Source of the DNA: Candidatus Bathyarchaeum sp.
GTDB lineage: Archaea; Thermoproteota; Bathyarchaeia; Bathyarchaeales; Bathyarchaeaceae
Direction of reading: 5' to 3'
Length of the DNA: 64,000 nt
Assembly: GCA_016930555.1 (NCBI GenBank)
Contig: JAFGGM010000051.1
Location: 4,715-68,714, forward strand
Position 1 is the stretch's first letter. Each line of letters begins with the position of its first letter. A program made the position numbers and the translations under genes. This document shows positions 18,375 through 26,949 of the stretch, piece after piece. The notes under the pieces are model-generated. The model was not told the DNA's origin. It made no database searches and worked only from the letters and a program-made list of their open reading frames with translations.

Positions 18375-19612
18375 CGCTTCTCAGTTTCTGCTATCATTTC
18401 TTTAACTTCATCAGGAGTATAGGAGCTTCGTCTTGCTCCACTGGAATATGCTGCCTTTATTTTCTCAAGAACCTTCTTTGCAGTATCTTCGGAAATGCCG
18501 ATTTTGAGTTCTTTTTCTGCAACATACATGATTCCGTGTCTTCCACTCAGTTCATCTATGTACACTCTTCGTTTCTGCCCTACCAGTCTTGGTGGATAAA
18601 ACTCGTATGTTTGCGGGTTAATGAGAACACCGTGCTGGTGTATGCCTGAGCTGTGAACTGTCACGTTTTCTCCAGTTATTGGCTTGTGAGGAGGCATCTT
18701 TACTCCAGAAAGCTCCTCAACAAGTTTTGACAGAGAATTTAGTTGACTCATCTCAAAGGGGCTAGTGCCGTAGATTATATGTAGTGCAGGAATAAGTTCC
18801 TCTGTTACTGTTATTCCCGCTCTTTCGCCGATGCCATTCACACTTGTTGACACCGTTGAAGCGCCAGCATCTATTGCCGCCAAAGAGTTAGCCAAAGCCA
18901 ATCCGAGGTCGTTATGGCAGTGAACCTCAATGGGTATATCTACGACACTTCCGATTTCTTTCACCAGAAACGCCATACCGTTAGGACCTGTACAGCCCAA
19001 AGTGTCAACAACTCGCGCTCGGTCTGCTCCTGCATCTTCAGCGGTTTTGTAGGCTTTCTTCAGGAACTCCAAGTCGTTTTCTCTGGTTGTATCCTCTGCA
19101 CTGTAAATGACAAACAATCCATAGCTTTCCGCGTAGCTAACCATCTCTTCCAACCGTTCAAGGTATGTTTCTTGGGTCATGCCACCAAACTTGTGTTTGC
19201 GGTGGTAAGGAGATATAGATAGAGATACAACTATGCCGTCAGCACCTACATCCGCAACAGCATCAATATCCTCTTTCTTTGCCCTTGCAAAAGCTGAAAG
19301 CTGAGCGTCAAGGTTCATGTTAAGAATTGATTTAATGCAGTTTCTCTGCTTTTCTGAAGCAGCTGGAAATCCTGCTTCTATCTGCTGTATTCCAACTTCA
19401 TCCAATTTCTTGGCTATTTCCAGCTTGTTTTCTAGGCTAAAGATTACGCCTGGAGTCTGTTCGCCCTCTCGTAGTGTGCTGTCGTGGACAATGTAATTGT
19501 CTAGCTTAGGGGCTTTGAAGTTTACGAAGTTGTAGGGGCTTGGGAGAATTCCCTCTCTTTCCAGTCTTTTCAGTAATTTTTGCCCCTGTTCTTCAAGATA
19601 TTCTTCTTCCAA
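18371..19612 (-). CDS. Homocitrate synthase / isopropylmalate-synthase-family enzyme without the long LeuA regulatory domain
   Basis: 413 aa with HDSTLREGEQTPGV, HCHNDLGLALANSLAA and the HxH region. It is placed next to the Lrp and lysW cluster, consistent with the first step of the alpha-aminoadipate route. Confidence 0.75.
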   Translation of the reverse strand: MEEEYLEEQGQKLLKRLEREGILPSPYNFVNFKAPKLDNYIVHDSTLREGEQTPGVIFSLENKLEIAKKLDEVGIQQIEAGFPAASEKQRNCIKSILNMNLDAQLSAFARAKKEDIDAVADVGADGIVVSLSISPYHRKHKFGGMTQETYLERLEEMVSYAESYGLFVIYSAEDTTRENDLEFLKKAYKTAEDAGADRARVVDTLGCTGPNGMAFLVKEIGSVVDIPIEVHCHNDLGLALANSLAAIDAGASTVSTSVNGIGERAGITVTEELIPALHIIYGTSPFEMSQLNSLSKLVEELSGVKMPPHKPITGENVTVHSSGIHQHGVLINPQTYEFYPPRLVGQKRRVYIDELSGRHGIMYVAEKELKIGISEDTAKKVLEKIKAAYSSGARRSSYTPDEVKEMIAETEKR

Positions 19613-19777
19613 TCTGGTAAGCCGTCCTTTTCACACTATTTTGCCGAATCAAGTTTCCGAAGAATACAAAACGCACAAATATATATACTTTATGTAAAAT
19701 TGTCGCCGTTAGAATACGAAAAGCTTACCCCCAATTCCGAAACCGTAACTACTTATTAATCAATCAAGCTTGACGTT

Positions 19778-20206
19778 TTACCAGCTGCGCAATATGATCA
19801 TAGTGTTCGTGTCTGAGACTCCCCCCAGGCGCCGTATCTTCTCGAGGCACTCGTTAACCTCTGTGATGTTAAAGCCCGATATTATGGCTGCAATGTCATA
19901 TTCGCCAGTAATCTCATATACTGTTTCAACATTCGGAAGCTGCTTCAGTGCCTTGGAAACGTCAGAAGTAGGTAAAGATGGATTGACTGAAAGCAAAGCG
20001 ATTGCCTCTGCTCCTTCTGCAAGTCCAACCTTGACTGTGAAGCGTCGTATTGCTCCATCATCAACAAGGGCTTTGATTCTTTTCCGTACTGCGCCTTCAG
20101 ACAAGTCAATTCTTTTTCCTATGTTGCTATAGGTGGCTCTGCCATCATGTTTCAGAATTTCGATTATTGCCTTGTCAATGTCATCCATGTTCTTCACTTC
20201 TGACAT
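19778..20206 (-). CDS. Lrp/AsnC-family transcriptional regulator (LysM-like by position)
   Basis: MSEVKNMDDIDKAIIEILKHDGRATYSNIGKRIDLSEGAVRKRIKALVDDGAI... gives an HTH plus RAM domain. The tracked ORF (to 20383) was trimmed to the ATG at 20204-20206 because the extension has no family similarity. Confidence 0.85.
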   Translation of the reverse strand: MSEVKNMDDIDKAIIEILKHDGRATYSNIGKRIDLSEGAVRKRIKALVDDGAIRRFTVKVGLAEGAEAIALLSVNPSLPTSDVSKALKQLPNVETVYEITGEYDIAAIISGFNITEVNECLEKIRRLGGVSDTNTMIILRSW

Positions 20207-20226
20207 AATATCTATACGGAAAAATT

Positions 20227-20268
20227 TAACGATTTCTGAACAAAAGACGGTAAGTTTGTAACGATTTC
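20227..20268. promoter_or_regulatory. Exact 10-nt direct repeat TAACGATTTC x2 in the lrp/lysW divergent intergenic region
   Basis: TAACGATTTC occurs at 20227-20236 and 20259-20268, a 32-bp register. A related CGGATTTCG lies near 20339. Confidence 0.35.
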
Positions 20269-20396
20269 CGCATGAGGGTTCACCTTTTCTTACTAGAAAG
20301 CGGAATAACAGTTTGGACATCACAAGTAACCATCCTACGGATTTCGTATAATAAGTTGGAAAACGTGCAAAACTGCATGTCATTAATCCGAAATTC

Positions 20397-20405
20397 TTAT
20401 AAATA
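20397..20405 (+). promoter_or_regulatory. TATA-like box upstream of lysW
   Basis: TTATAAATA lies about 46 nt upstream of the TTG start at 20451. An AGAGGTG Shine-Dalgarno-like element is at 20438-20444. Confidence 0.4.
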
Positions 20406-20450
20406 GCAACATTTTCTATAATGGCTCACTTAACCAAAGAGGTGTAGGTA

Positions 20451-20627
20451 TTGAAGAAAGCCAAATGCCCCGATTGCGACGCGGAAATAGAAGTCCAAGA
20501 CGATGTCATGAAAGGCGAGATTCTCAGCTGCCCCAGTTGCGGTCTTGAACTGGAAGTGACATGTAACAAAGGAGACTCCGTGGAGCTAAAAGAATTAGGG
20601 ATTGAAGGAGAAGACTGGGGAGAATAG
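20451..20627 (+). CDS. lysW: Alpha-aminoadipate/glutamate carrier protein LysW
   Basis: This ORF is not in the track because it is 58 aa. The translation is (M)KKAKCPDCDAEIEVQDDVMKGEILSCPSCGLELEVTCNKGDSVELKELGIEGEDWGE. It has a CxxC...CxxC zinc ribbon and the diagnostic C-terminal EDWGE tail. A stop lies 2 codons upstream, and an SD-like element precedes the start. Confidence 0.85.
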   Translation: MKKAKCPDCDAEIEVQDDVMKGEILSCPSCGLELEVTCNKGDSVELKELGIEGEDWGE

Positions 20628-20736
20628 GTTCCCCACAAATTTTCTTTTTACAGTTTCACATACGAAACAAAAAAGAAACAGACCGATAAACACTTATGGA
20701 TTATAGACTGTTTGAAGCGAGGAAGTAAAAACAGAG

Positions 20737-21921
20737 ATGAGCATTGGAATTTTATTTGAGAGCTCCGAAACAGACGAAAAAGGCATTAACATGACTGCTG
20801 AGCAGATGGGAATAGACCTAGTTTACATCCCCTTCCGCAAAGTTGCAGTTCGCCTAGACGAACATGGCTACAGCATTCGAACCAAAGCAAAGGACTATAC
20901 TAAAGTCATCAAAGACATCAAAGTAGTGCTAAACCGGGCACAAAGCAAGAACCGAAGACTCTTCGCAGCTAATGTTCTGGAAGCCTTCGGCAAACATGTG
21001 ATAAACCCACAGTGCGTAGAATATGCATGCTTCAGCAAACTGAGAACCTTACTCCACTTCTGGCAAGCAGGACTCCCAACTCCTGAGACAGTTTATGTTC
21101 CGGTTGATTCCACCGAAAAAACCTTGGATGGAAGGGAAATCCATAACGAAGGAGACATAGCAGACCTGTTTTTGATGGAACTGAACCATCAGAATATTGT
21201 AGTCAAACCTGACGCTGGAACTCATGGAAAGGGCGTTCAGTTAGCCAAAGAACGCAACGAGTTGTTGCCAATTCTGAGGGACATTCAGCCTTCAATAATC
21301 AATCCTGTTGGGGTCCTCGCTCAGAAGCTCGTCCAGAAATGGTTCTACGACCTCAGAATAATAGTTACTAAAGAGGATAGAAAGGCGCCATACTGCTACC
21401 CCACAGCCCTAGCTCGGGCAGGATTCAAAGATTTCAGGACAAACACATTCCTGGGCAACATGGTAGTTGGCGTGAATTTGCCAAGTCACATCAGAGAGGT
21501 AGCAGCCAAATGCGGCAAAGCTATGGGAGGAGACAGCAAAGCCTACCTTTTAGCTTTCGATGCAATGGTTGGCGTGAACGGAAATAAGGATGTTGAAGAT
21601 GAGCATCTGATGGAAGAATTTGAAAAACTTGAGCCCTCCTTTGATGCTGTAAAGAAGGTGAAAGGAGATAAGACCAAAAGAACGTCCTTCCCTGCATGGA
21701 ACAGGAAGCTGGAGGCGGCTTTTGAAAACTACAAGAGCCAAGAACCCTATCTGTACATAAAGGATGTTATTGAAGACAGTATGGAAAAGAACAAGCATAA
21801 TATAGTGTTCCATGAGGCCAATGCTTGCCCCGAATTCTGGGAACAAACCCGTTTAGCTGCTGGGATAAACATAGCAGAAGCACTGCTAAAGGGAGCTCAG
21901 AGTATAATAAATAACGAATAA
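20737..21921 (+). CDS. lysX: RimK/LysX-type ATP-grasp ligase, atypically long (putative LysW ligase)
   Basis: The N-terminus (IGILFESSETDEKGINMTAEQMGIDLVYIPFRKV) and RAQSKNRRLFAANVLEAFGKHVINP...KLRTLLHFWQAGLPTPET follow the LysX/RimK pattern. It is 394 aa against about 280 aa for characterised LysX. It occupies the position between lysW and lysY. Confidence 0.6.
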   Translation: MSIGILFESSETDEKGINMTAEQMGIDLVYIPFRKVAVRLDEHGYSIRTKAKDYTKVIKDIKVVLNRAQSKNRRLFAANVLEAFGKHVINPQCVEYACFSKLRTLLHFWQAGLPTPETVYVPVDSTEKTLDGREIHNEGDIADLFLMELNHQNIVVKPDAGTHGKGVQLAKERNELLPILRDIQPSIINPVGVLAQKLVQKWFYDLRIIVTKEDRKAPYCYPTALARAGFKDFRTNTFLGNMVVGVNLPSHIREVAAKCGKAMGGDSKAYLLAFDAMVGVNGNKDVEDEHLMEEFEKLEPSFDAVKKVKGDKTKRTSFPAWNRKLEAAFENYKSQEPYLYIKDVIEDSMEKNKHNIVFHEANACPEFWEQTRLAAGINIAEALLKGAQSIINNE

Positions 21922-21936
21922 AGGAGAAATAAAAAA

Positions 21937-22989
21937 ATGCGAGTTGGAGTAATTGGTGGATCAGGATACGTAGGCTCAGAACTATTACGACTGCTACTTC
22001 CCCACCCAAAAATAGAATTAACAATAGTGACTTCCCGTCAAAACGCAGGCGAATTCGTTTTCACGGTTCATCCTAACCTCAGAGGAGCCACTCAACTGAA
22101 ATTCACGCCCCCCAACATCTCCCAAGTAACAGAGAATTGCGACTTGGTGTTCGCTGCGATGCCCCACGGCAAATCATTGGAACTAGTTCCACAACTGCTT
22201 GAAACGGGAGTAAAGGTCATCGACATGAGCGCAGATTACCGCCTCAATAACCCAGTTGATTACGACAAATGGTACAGATGGAAACACACTCATCCAGAAC
22301 TGCTAGAAGAAGCAGTTTACGGTTGCCCTGAGCTTCACCGCCAAGAAATCAAAGACGCCAAGCTAGTAGCGTGTCCAGGATGCATGTCCACAGCCACGAT
22401 TCTGGGATTGGCGCCTCTCGTGAAGGAAGGCGTAATCGAAAAGAACAGGATAGTAGCTGACGTTAAGATCGGCTCCTCGGGTGCAGGACAAAAGCCCACT
22501 GTTACATCTCATCATCCTGAAAGGGCAGGTGGCGTGCGACCATACAAGGTAGCAGACCACAGGCATGTAGCAGAAGTTGAACAGGAACTCAATCTGTTAA
22601 CAGAAGAAAAAGTTACAGTAGCTTTTACACCCCATGCAGTAAACATGATTCGGGGCATTCTTTCAACAATTCACGCTTACCTCAAAACGCCAGTGACAGA
22701 CAAAAACGTGTGGAAGTTCTATCGCTCTATGTATCAAAATGAATATTTCATACGTTTTGTCAAGTTCAAGAAGGGACCTTACCAGTTGCCAAACCCCAAA
22801 ATTACGATGGGAACAAACTATGTTGACATCGGCTTCGAAGTAGACCCGCGCACACGAAGAATTATCGTCTTCTCAGCCATCGACAACCTCATGAGGGGCG
22901 CATCTGGTCAAGGAGTGCAATGCATGAACCTTATGATTGGCATAAACGAAAAAACTGGCATAGACCAACAAGGTTTCCATCCGATGTGA
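21937..22989 (+). CDS. lysY: [LysW]-aminoadipyl-phosphate / N-acetyl-gamma-glutamyl-phosphate reductase
   Basis: 350 aa of the ArgC family (MRVGVIGGSGYVGSELLRLL, the active-site region ACPGCMSTA). Confidence 0.9.
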   Translation: MRVGVIGGSGYVGSELLRLLLPHPKIELTIVTSRQNAGEFVFTVHPNLRGATQLKFTPPNISQVTENCDLVFAAMPHGKSLELVPQLLETGVKVIDMSADYRLNNPVDYDKWYRWKHTHPELLEEAVYGCPELHRQEIKDAKLVACPGCMSTATILGLAPLVKEGVIEKNRIVADVKIGSSGAGQKPTVTSHHPERAGGVRPYKVADHRHVAEVEQELNLLTEEKVTVAFTPHAVNMIRGILSTIHAYLKTPVTDKNVWKFYRSMYQNEYFIRFVKFKKGPYQLPNPKITMGTNYVDIGFEVDPRTRRIIVFSAIDNLMRGASGQGVQCMNLMIGINEKTGIDQQGFHPM

Positions 22990-22995
22990 TAAAAA

Positions 22996-23802
22996 ATGTT
23001 GATCGTAGTTAAGGTTGGCGGAAGCATTCTTGAAGAGGTGCCAGCTGAACTGGTAACCGACATAAAGAACGTACTTTCTGAGCACGAACTCGTATTGGTT
23101 CATGGAGGAGGAAAAGGCGTCACAGAAATAGCCTCTAAGCTTGGCAAAGAGCAACAGTTCGTTTTTTCGCCAACAGGTTTTCGCAGCCGATACACAGACA
23201 AAGAGACTATGGAAATCTTCACGATGGTGATGGCAGGCAAAATCAACAAAAAAATAGTTATAGCCCTAATGAAACAAAAGATACCAATCGTTGGGCTTTC
23301 AGGCTTAGATGGATTGCTTGTGCAAGCAACAAGAAAGAAGCGCATAATCATAGTTGATGAGCGGGGCAGAAAGCGCGTGATTGACGGCGGCTACACAGGA
23401 AAGGTTAGCCAAATCAACGTTTCCTTGCTTCAACTCCTACTCGAGAATGGTTTTGTGCCATTAGTCTCTCCGATTGCAGCAAGTGAAGAGCAGGAACCCC
23501 TTAATGTTGACGCTGACCGCACAGCAGCCAATATCGCTGGAGCCTTGAAAGCAGATATGCTGGTTCTGTTGACTGACGTTGAAGGACTGAAGTTGAACGA
23601 TAAGGTGGTCTCGAAACTCTCTATCGATGATGTTGAGGACAAGCTGAAGAAGATTGGGGGCGGCATGATAACCAAAGTTTACGCTGCCCATGAAGCATTA
23701 AATCAGGGCGTTAGCGAGGTGGTAATCTGTTCTGGCGTCCGAAAGAATCCGATTTCTAACGCTTTGAAGCATGAAGGTGGTACGGTGATAAGCCGTGAAT
23801 GA
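22996..23802 (+). CDS. lysZ: [LysW]-aminoadipate kinase / acetylglutamate kinase family
   Basis: 268 aa amino-acid kinase fold (VVKVGGS..., VLVHGGG, NVDADRTAANIA). Confidence 0.9.
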   Translation: MLIVVKVGGSILEEVPAELVTDIKNVLSEHELVLVHGGGKGVTEIASKLGKEQQFVFSPTGFRSRYTDKETMEIFTMVMAGKINKKIVIALMKQKIPIVGLSGLDGLLVQATRKKRIIIVDERGRKRVIDGGYTGKVSQINVSLLQLLLENGFVPLVSPIAASEEQEPLNVDADRTAANIAGALKADMLVLLTDVEGLKLNDKVVSKLSIDDVEDKLKKIGGGMITKVYAAHEALNQGVSEVVICSGVRKNPISNALKHEGGTVISRE

Positions 23803-24979
23803 AAAAAAAGTAATCGATATCGAAGATAAAATTATGGCAAACACCTTCGCCAAAAGAAACCTTGTGTTAACAAGGGGCAAAGGAGCCACAGTTTGGGACA
23901 TCAACGGAAACGAATACATTGATTGCACAGGCAGCTATGGAGTTGCTGTTGTTGGTCACTGTCACCCAAAAGTTGTGAAAGCAGTTCAAAAGCAAGTGGA
24001 AAGTCTTATTGCCTGTCACGCCTCCTTCTACAACGACATACGTTCAGAGCTTCTCCAAAAATTAATTAACTTAGCTCCAAAGGGACTCGACAAAGTTTTT
24101 CTTTCTAGCAGCGGCGCCGAGGCAGTTGAGTGCGCCATAAAATTGGCTAGAAAAGCTTCAGGCAAAACCGAAATAATCGCCATGATAGGAGCCTTTCACG
24201 GCAAAACCATGGGCGCTCTTTCTGCAACATGGAAAAAGAAGTATCGGGCGCCTTTCATGCCCTTGGTTCCAGGATTCAAGCATGTTCCTGCAAACAATCT
24301 TGAAAAGATAAGGGAAGTAATCACTGACAACACTGCCGCAGTAGTTGTTGAACCAGTCAGGGGAGAGGGCGGAATCCTTGTCAATTCAGACGACTTTCTT
24401 CCGGGACTACGAGAACTCTGTGACGAAAAAGGCGTGTTACTAATTTTCGATGAAGTACAAACGGGTTTTGGTCGCACAGGCAAAGTTTTCGCATGTGAAC
24501 ACTGGAACGTAGTTCCCGATATCATGTGTCTTGCCAAGTCTGTTGCTGGCGGAATTCCCATGGGCGCAACCTTTGCCAAAGAGGAAATTATGTCTGCCTT
24601 CAACAAGGGAGAGCACTCAAGCACATTCAGCGGTAACCCATTAGTTTGTGCTGCGGCTTCTGCAGCCATAGATGTGCTTGTTGAAGAGAAACTTCCAGAA
24701 AGGGCAGCAACTCTTGGGCAATACTTCAAGAGCAAGCTGGAAACCTTAGCTGAGAAATACAAGATTGTCAGAGAGGTCCGAGGTTTGGGTCTTATGATTG
24801 GGATGGAGATGCGATTTGACGTTTATAATATACTGCTTGGATGCATGGAGAGGGGGGTTCTTGTTTTGGATGCTGGAAGAAACGTTGTCCGGTTTCTGCC
24901 GCCCTTAGTCATCGAGGAACAGCAGATCGACAGAGTCATTGAAGTACTGGATGAAGTATTGGCAGGGGAGAACAAATGA
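23795..24979 (+). CDS. lysJ: [LysW]-aminoadipate semialdehyde / acetylornithine aminotransferase
   Basis: 394 aa class III PLP aminotransferase (LIFDEVQTGFGRTGK, with the PLP lysine in the LAKSVAGG region). Confidence 0.9.
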   Translation: MNEKKVIDIEDKIMANTFAKRNLVLTRGKGATVWDINGNEYIDCTGSYGVAVVGHCHPKVVKAVQKQVESLIACHASFYNDIRSELLQKLINLAPKGLDKVFLSSSGAEAVECAIKLARKASGKTEIIAMIGAFHGKTMGALSATWKKKYRAPFMPLVPGFKHVPANNLEKIREVITDNTAAVVVEPVRGEGGILVNSDDFLPGLRELCDEKGVLLIFDEVQTGFGRTGKVFACEHWNVVPDIMCLAKSVAGGIPMGATFAKEEIMSAFNKGEHSSTFSGNPLVCAAASAAIDVLVEEKLPERAATLGQYFKSKLETLAEKYKIVREVRGLGLMIGMEMRFDVYNILLGCMERGVLVLDAGRNVVRFLPPLVIEEQQIDRVIEVLDEVLAGENK

Positions 24980-26118
24980 GTAACGACTACGCCGTTGACC
25001 TGCTTACACGCATGACAAAAATTTACAGCCCCTCAGGCAACGAAGAGAAGATTTCCTTGTTCTTGGCTGACGAAATGACGAAACTGGGTTTCATAGTTCA
25101 CAGGGATGAAGTAGGAAACGTTATCGGCGAAATAGGTGAAGGCTCTCCAGTTGTTCTTTTGTGTGGGCACATGGACACTGTTGAAGGGAAGATTCCTGTC
25201 AGGGTTGAGGACGGACAACTGTATGGCAGAGGCTCCGTGGACGCAAAAGGTCCGTTAGCCGCCATGATTGTAGCTGCCTCCACCTTTGTCAAGAACGGTT
25301 TTCCAGGAAAGATTCTGGTTGTTGGCGTCGTAGATGAGGAAAAGGGGGGCACAGGAATCCAGCATTTTGTTGAAGAAGGCATTCAGCCAGATTACGCCAT
25401 TTTCGGTGAGCCAAGCGGTTTAGAAAAGATTGTCTTCGGCTACAAGGGCATCGTAACTGTGAAGGTATCTGTTAAGACACCCTCAGGTCATTCTGCTGCA
25501 CCATGGCTCTTCGATAATGCAATTGAGAAAGCTATGGAGTTTTGGAGACAGATTAACAAGCTTCATTTGCGGGAAGAGAAACTGAAGAGCCGTTTCTACT
25601 CAATTACATCTTGCTTAACGGGAATAAAGGGCGGAAACCATTCTGCCTCTTTTATTCCCTCAGAGTGCGAGATTATTGTTCAGTTAAGAATTCCACCTCA
25701 GCTAACACCAGATGTCGTGTTTGAGGAAGTAAAGCGGAAGATTGACCGCTACAAAGCAACTAACCCTAAGGTTCAAGTATCGGTGGAGATGGTGGATGTG
25801 GCTAAAGCCTTCGAAGCTGACCGCAGGTCCGTTATTGTCAGGGCTTTGGCTTGGGGCATCAGAAAGACCACACTGAATTATGCATCTTTTTCGCGGAAAA
25901 CGGGTACAGGAGACATGAATGTTCTTGGTAATGCCCTGAAGATTCCGGTGGTTACGTATGGACCCGGAGACTCTCGGCTAGACCACACACCCAACGAACA
26001 CATAGACATCCAAGAATACCTAGAAAGCATCGAAGTTCTGAAGAAGGCTCTCCATAAGCTGCCTGACTTCGTTGAGAAACAGGAAAAAAGACAACAAAGA
26101 GACTGCAACAATAATTAG
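24976..26118 (+). CDS. lysK: [LysW]-lysine hydrolase / acetylornithine deacetylase (M20 family)
   Basis: 380 aa with M20 motifs (LLCGHMDTV, GRGSVDAKG, DEEKGG). It has a 4-nt overlap with lysJ. Confidence 0.85.
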   Translation: MSNDYAVDLLTRMTKIYSPSGNEEKISLFLADEMTKLGFIVHRDEVGNVIGEIGEGSPVVLLCGHMDTVEGKIPVRVEDGQLYGRGSVDAKGPLAAMIVAASTFVKNGFPGKILVVGVVDEEKGGTGIQHFVEEGIQPDYAIFGEPSGLEKIVFGYKGIVTVKVSVKTPSGHSAAPWLFDNAIEKAMEFWRQINKLHLREEKLKSRFYSITSCLTGIKGGNHSASFIPSECEIIVQLRIPPQLTPDVVFEEVKRKIDRYKATNPKVQVSVEMVDVAKAFEADRRSVIVRALAWGIRKTTLNYASFSRKTGTGDMNVLGNALKIPVVTYGPGDSRLDHTPNEHIDIQEYLESIEVLKKALHKLPDFVEKQEKRQQRDCNNN

Positions 26119-26556
26119 TTATGTTGATAGCTTACTTTTTCTCCATTTCAATCCTTCAGCCAAAAAAACAACAGCCGACACGATGGTTACTATTGTCAAG
26201 AGCCAAAATGACCCTTCAACTGACGAATTAGCCAATAAGTGAAGCAGTAAAATAGCAATTTCTATGGCTAAAACAACCAAAAAAATGACCCCAAAAAGGA
26301 TAAACCGAGCGAGAAGATGTTTTCCAAGCCACACGTATCCCTTGATTCCAACTTTTTCTTTAACAATATAGTTACCATATTCGTCTTTGCTCACCAAATT
26401 CATGTCCATAAGTTTCTGAAGATTCCGGTAAGCAACGCTTGGGCTGGTTAATTCTGCTCCCCTCATCACTTCTCTGGGACCAACAGGTTTCCCAGTTTTG
26501 ATCAGGTAAATGTATGTTCGAATTGCTGTAGCAGTTAGTTCATCTTCAGCTTCCAT
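26119..26556 (-). CDS. Membrane-anchored winged-helix protein
   Basis: From the ATG at 26554-26556: a wHTH-like N-terminus (IRTYIYLIKTGKPVGPREVMRGAELTSPSVAYRNLQKLMDMNLVSKDE), followed by two hydrophobic helices. The tracked upstream extension was removed. Confidence 0.5.
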   Translation of the reverse strand: MEAEDELTATAIRTYIYLIKTGKPVGPREVMRGAELTSPSVAYRNLQKLMDMNLVSKDEYGNYIVKEKVGIKGYVWLGKHLLARFILFGVIFLVVLAIEIAILLLHLLANSSVEGSFWLLTIVTIVSAVVFLAEGLKWRKSKLST

Positions 26557-26683
26557 GTTCCATTGACCAGCTCTGTTTGAGAGATAGAATATAGTCAAGT
26601 CAGCTTTTAAGTAAATTTCGTGCCTGCACAACAAAATCACGTTTTTATATAACTTCATCATTGATGTATTTTGGGCGGATTTC

Positions 26684-26911
26684 ATGGGGTTAGTTTACGT
26701 TTTGATGAACACAGAGCCGAGTCAAATGGAAAGCGTTCTAAAAGAAATTAAAGAAATCAAGGGCGTAGTAGAGGCGTATATGGTTTATGGAACTTACGAC
26801 ATCTGCGCAAAAGTCGGTGCTGAAAAACCCCAAGAACTCAAGGGAATAGTCCAGAAAATCAGAAGCAAAAACAATGTTCTAAACACTCTAACATTGATGG
26901 TTGTTCAGTAA
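26684..26911 (+). CDS. Stand-alone Lrp/AsnC ligand-binding (RAM) domain protein
   Basis: 75 aa. VYVLMNTEPSQMESVLKEIKEIKGVVEAYMVYGTYDICAKV... matches the RAM-domain beta-alpha-beta-beta-alpha-beta pattern. Confidence 0.6.
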   Translation: MGLVYVLMNTEPSQMESVLKEIKEIKGVVEAYMVYGTYDICAKVGAEKPQELKGIVQKIRSKNNVLNTLTLMVVQ

Positions 26912-26949
26912 CAGAGCACTCACAGAAAGAGGGACAGAACACCCGCTTT

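Noticed and set aside
20207-20383. N-terminal extensions of tracked ORFs: Lrp to 20383, aroA to 39577, aroE to 41404, and the wHTH protein to 26685.
   Set aside because: In each case an internal ATG begins the family-conserved sequence. For aroA and aroE that ATG sits immediately after the upstream gene's stop. The extensions have no family similarity and overlap neighbouring genes or promoters.
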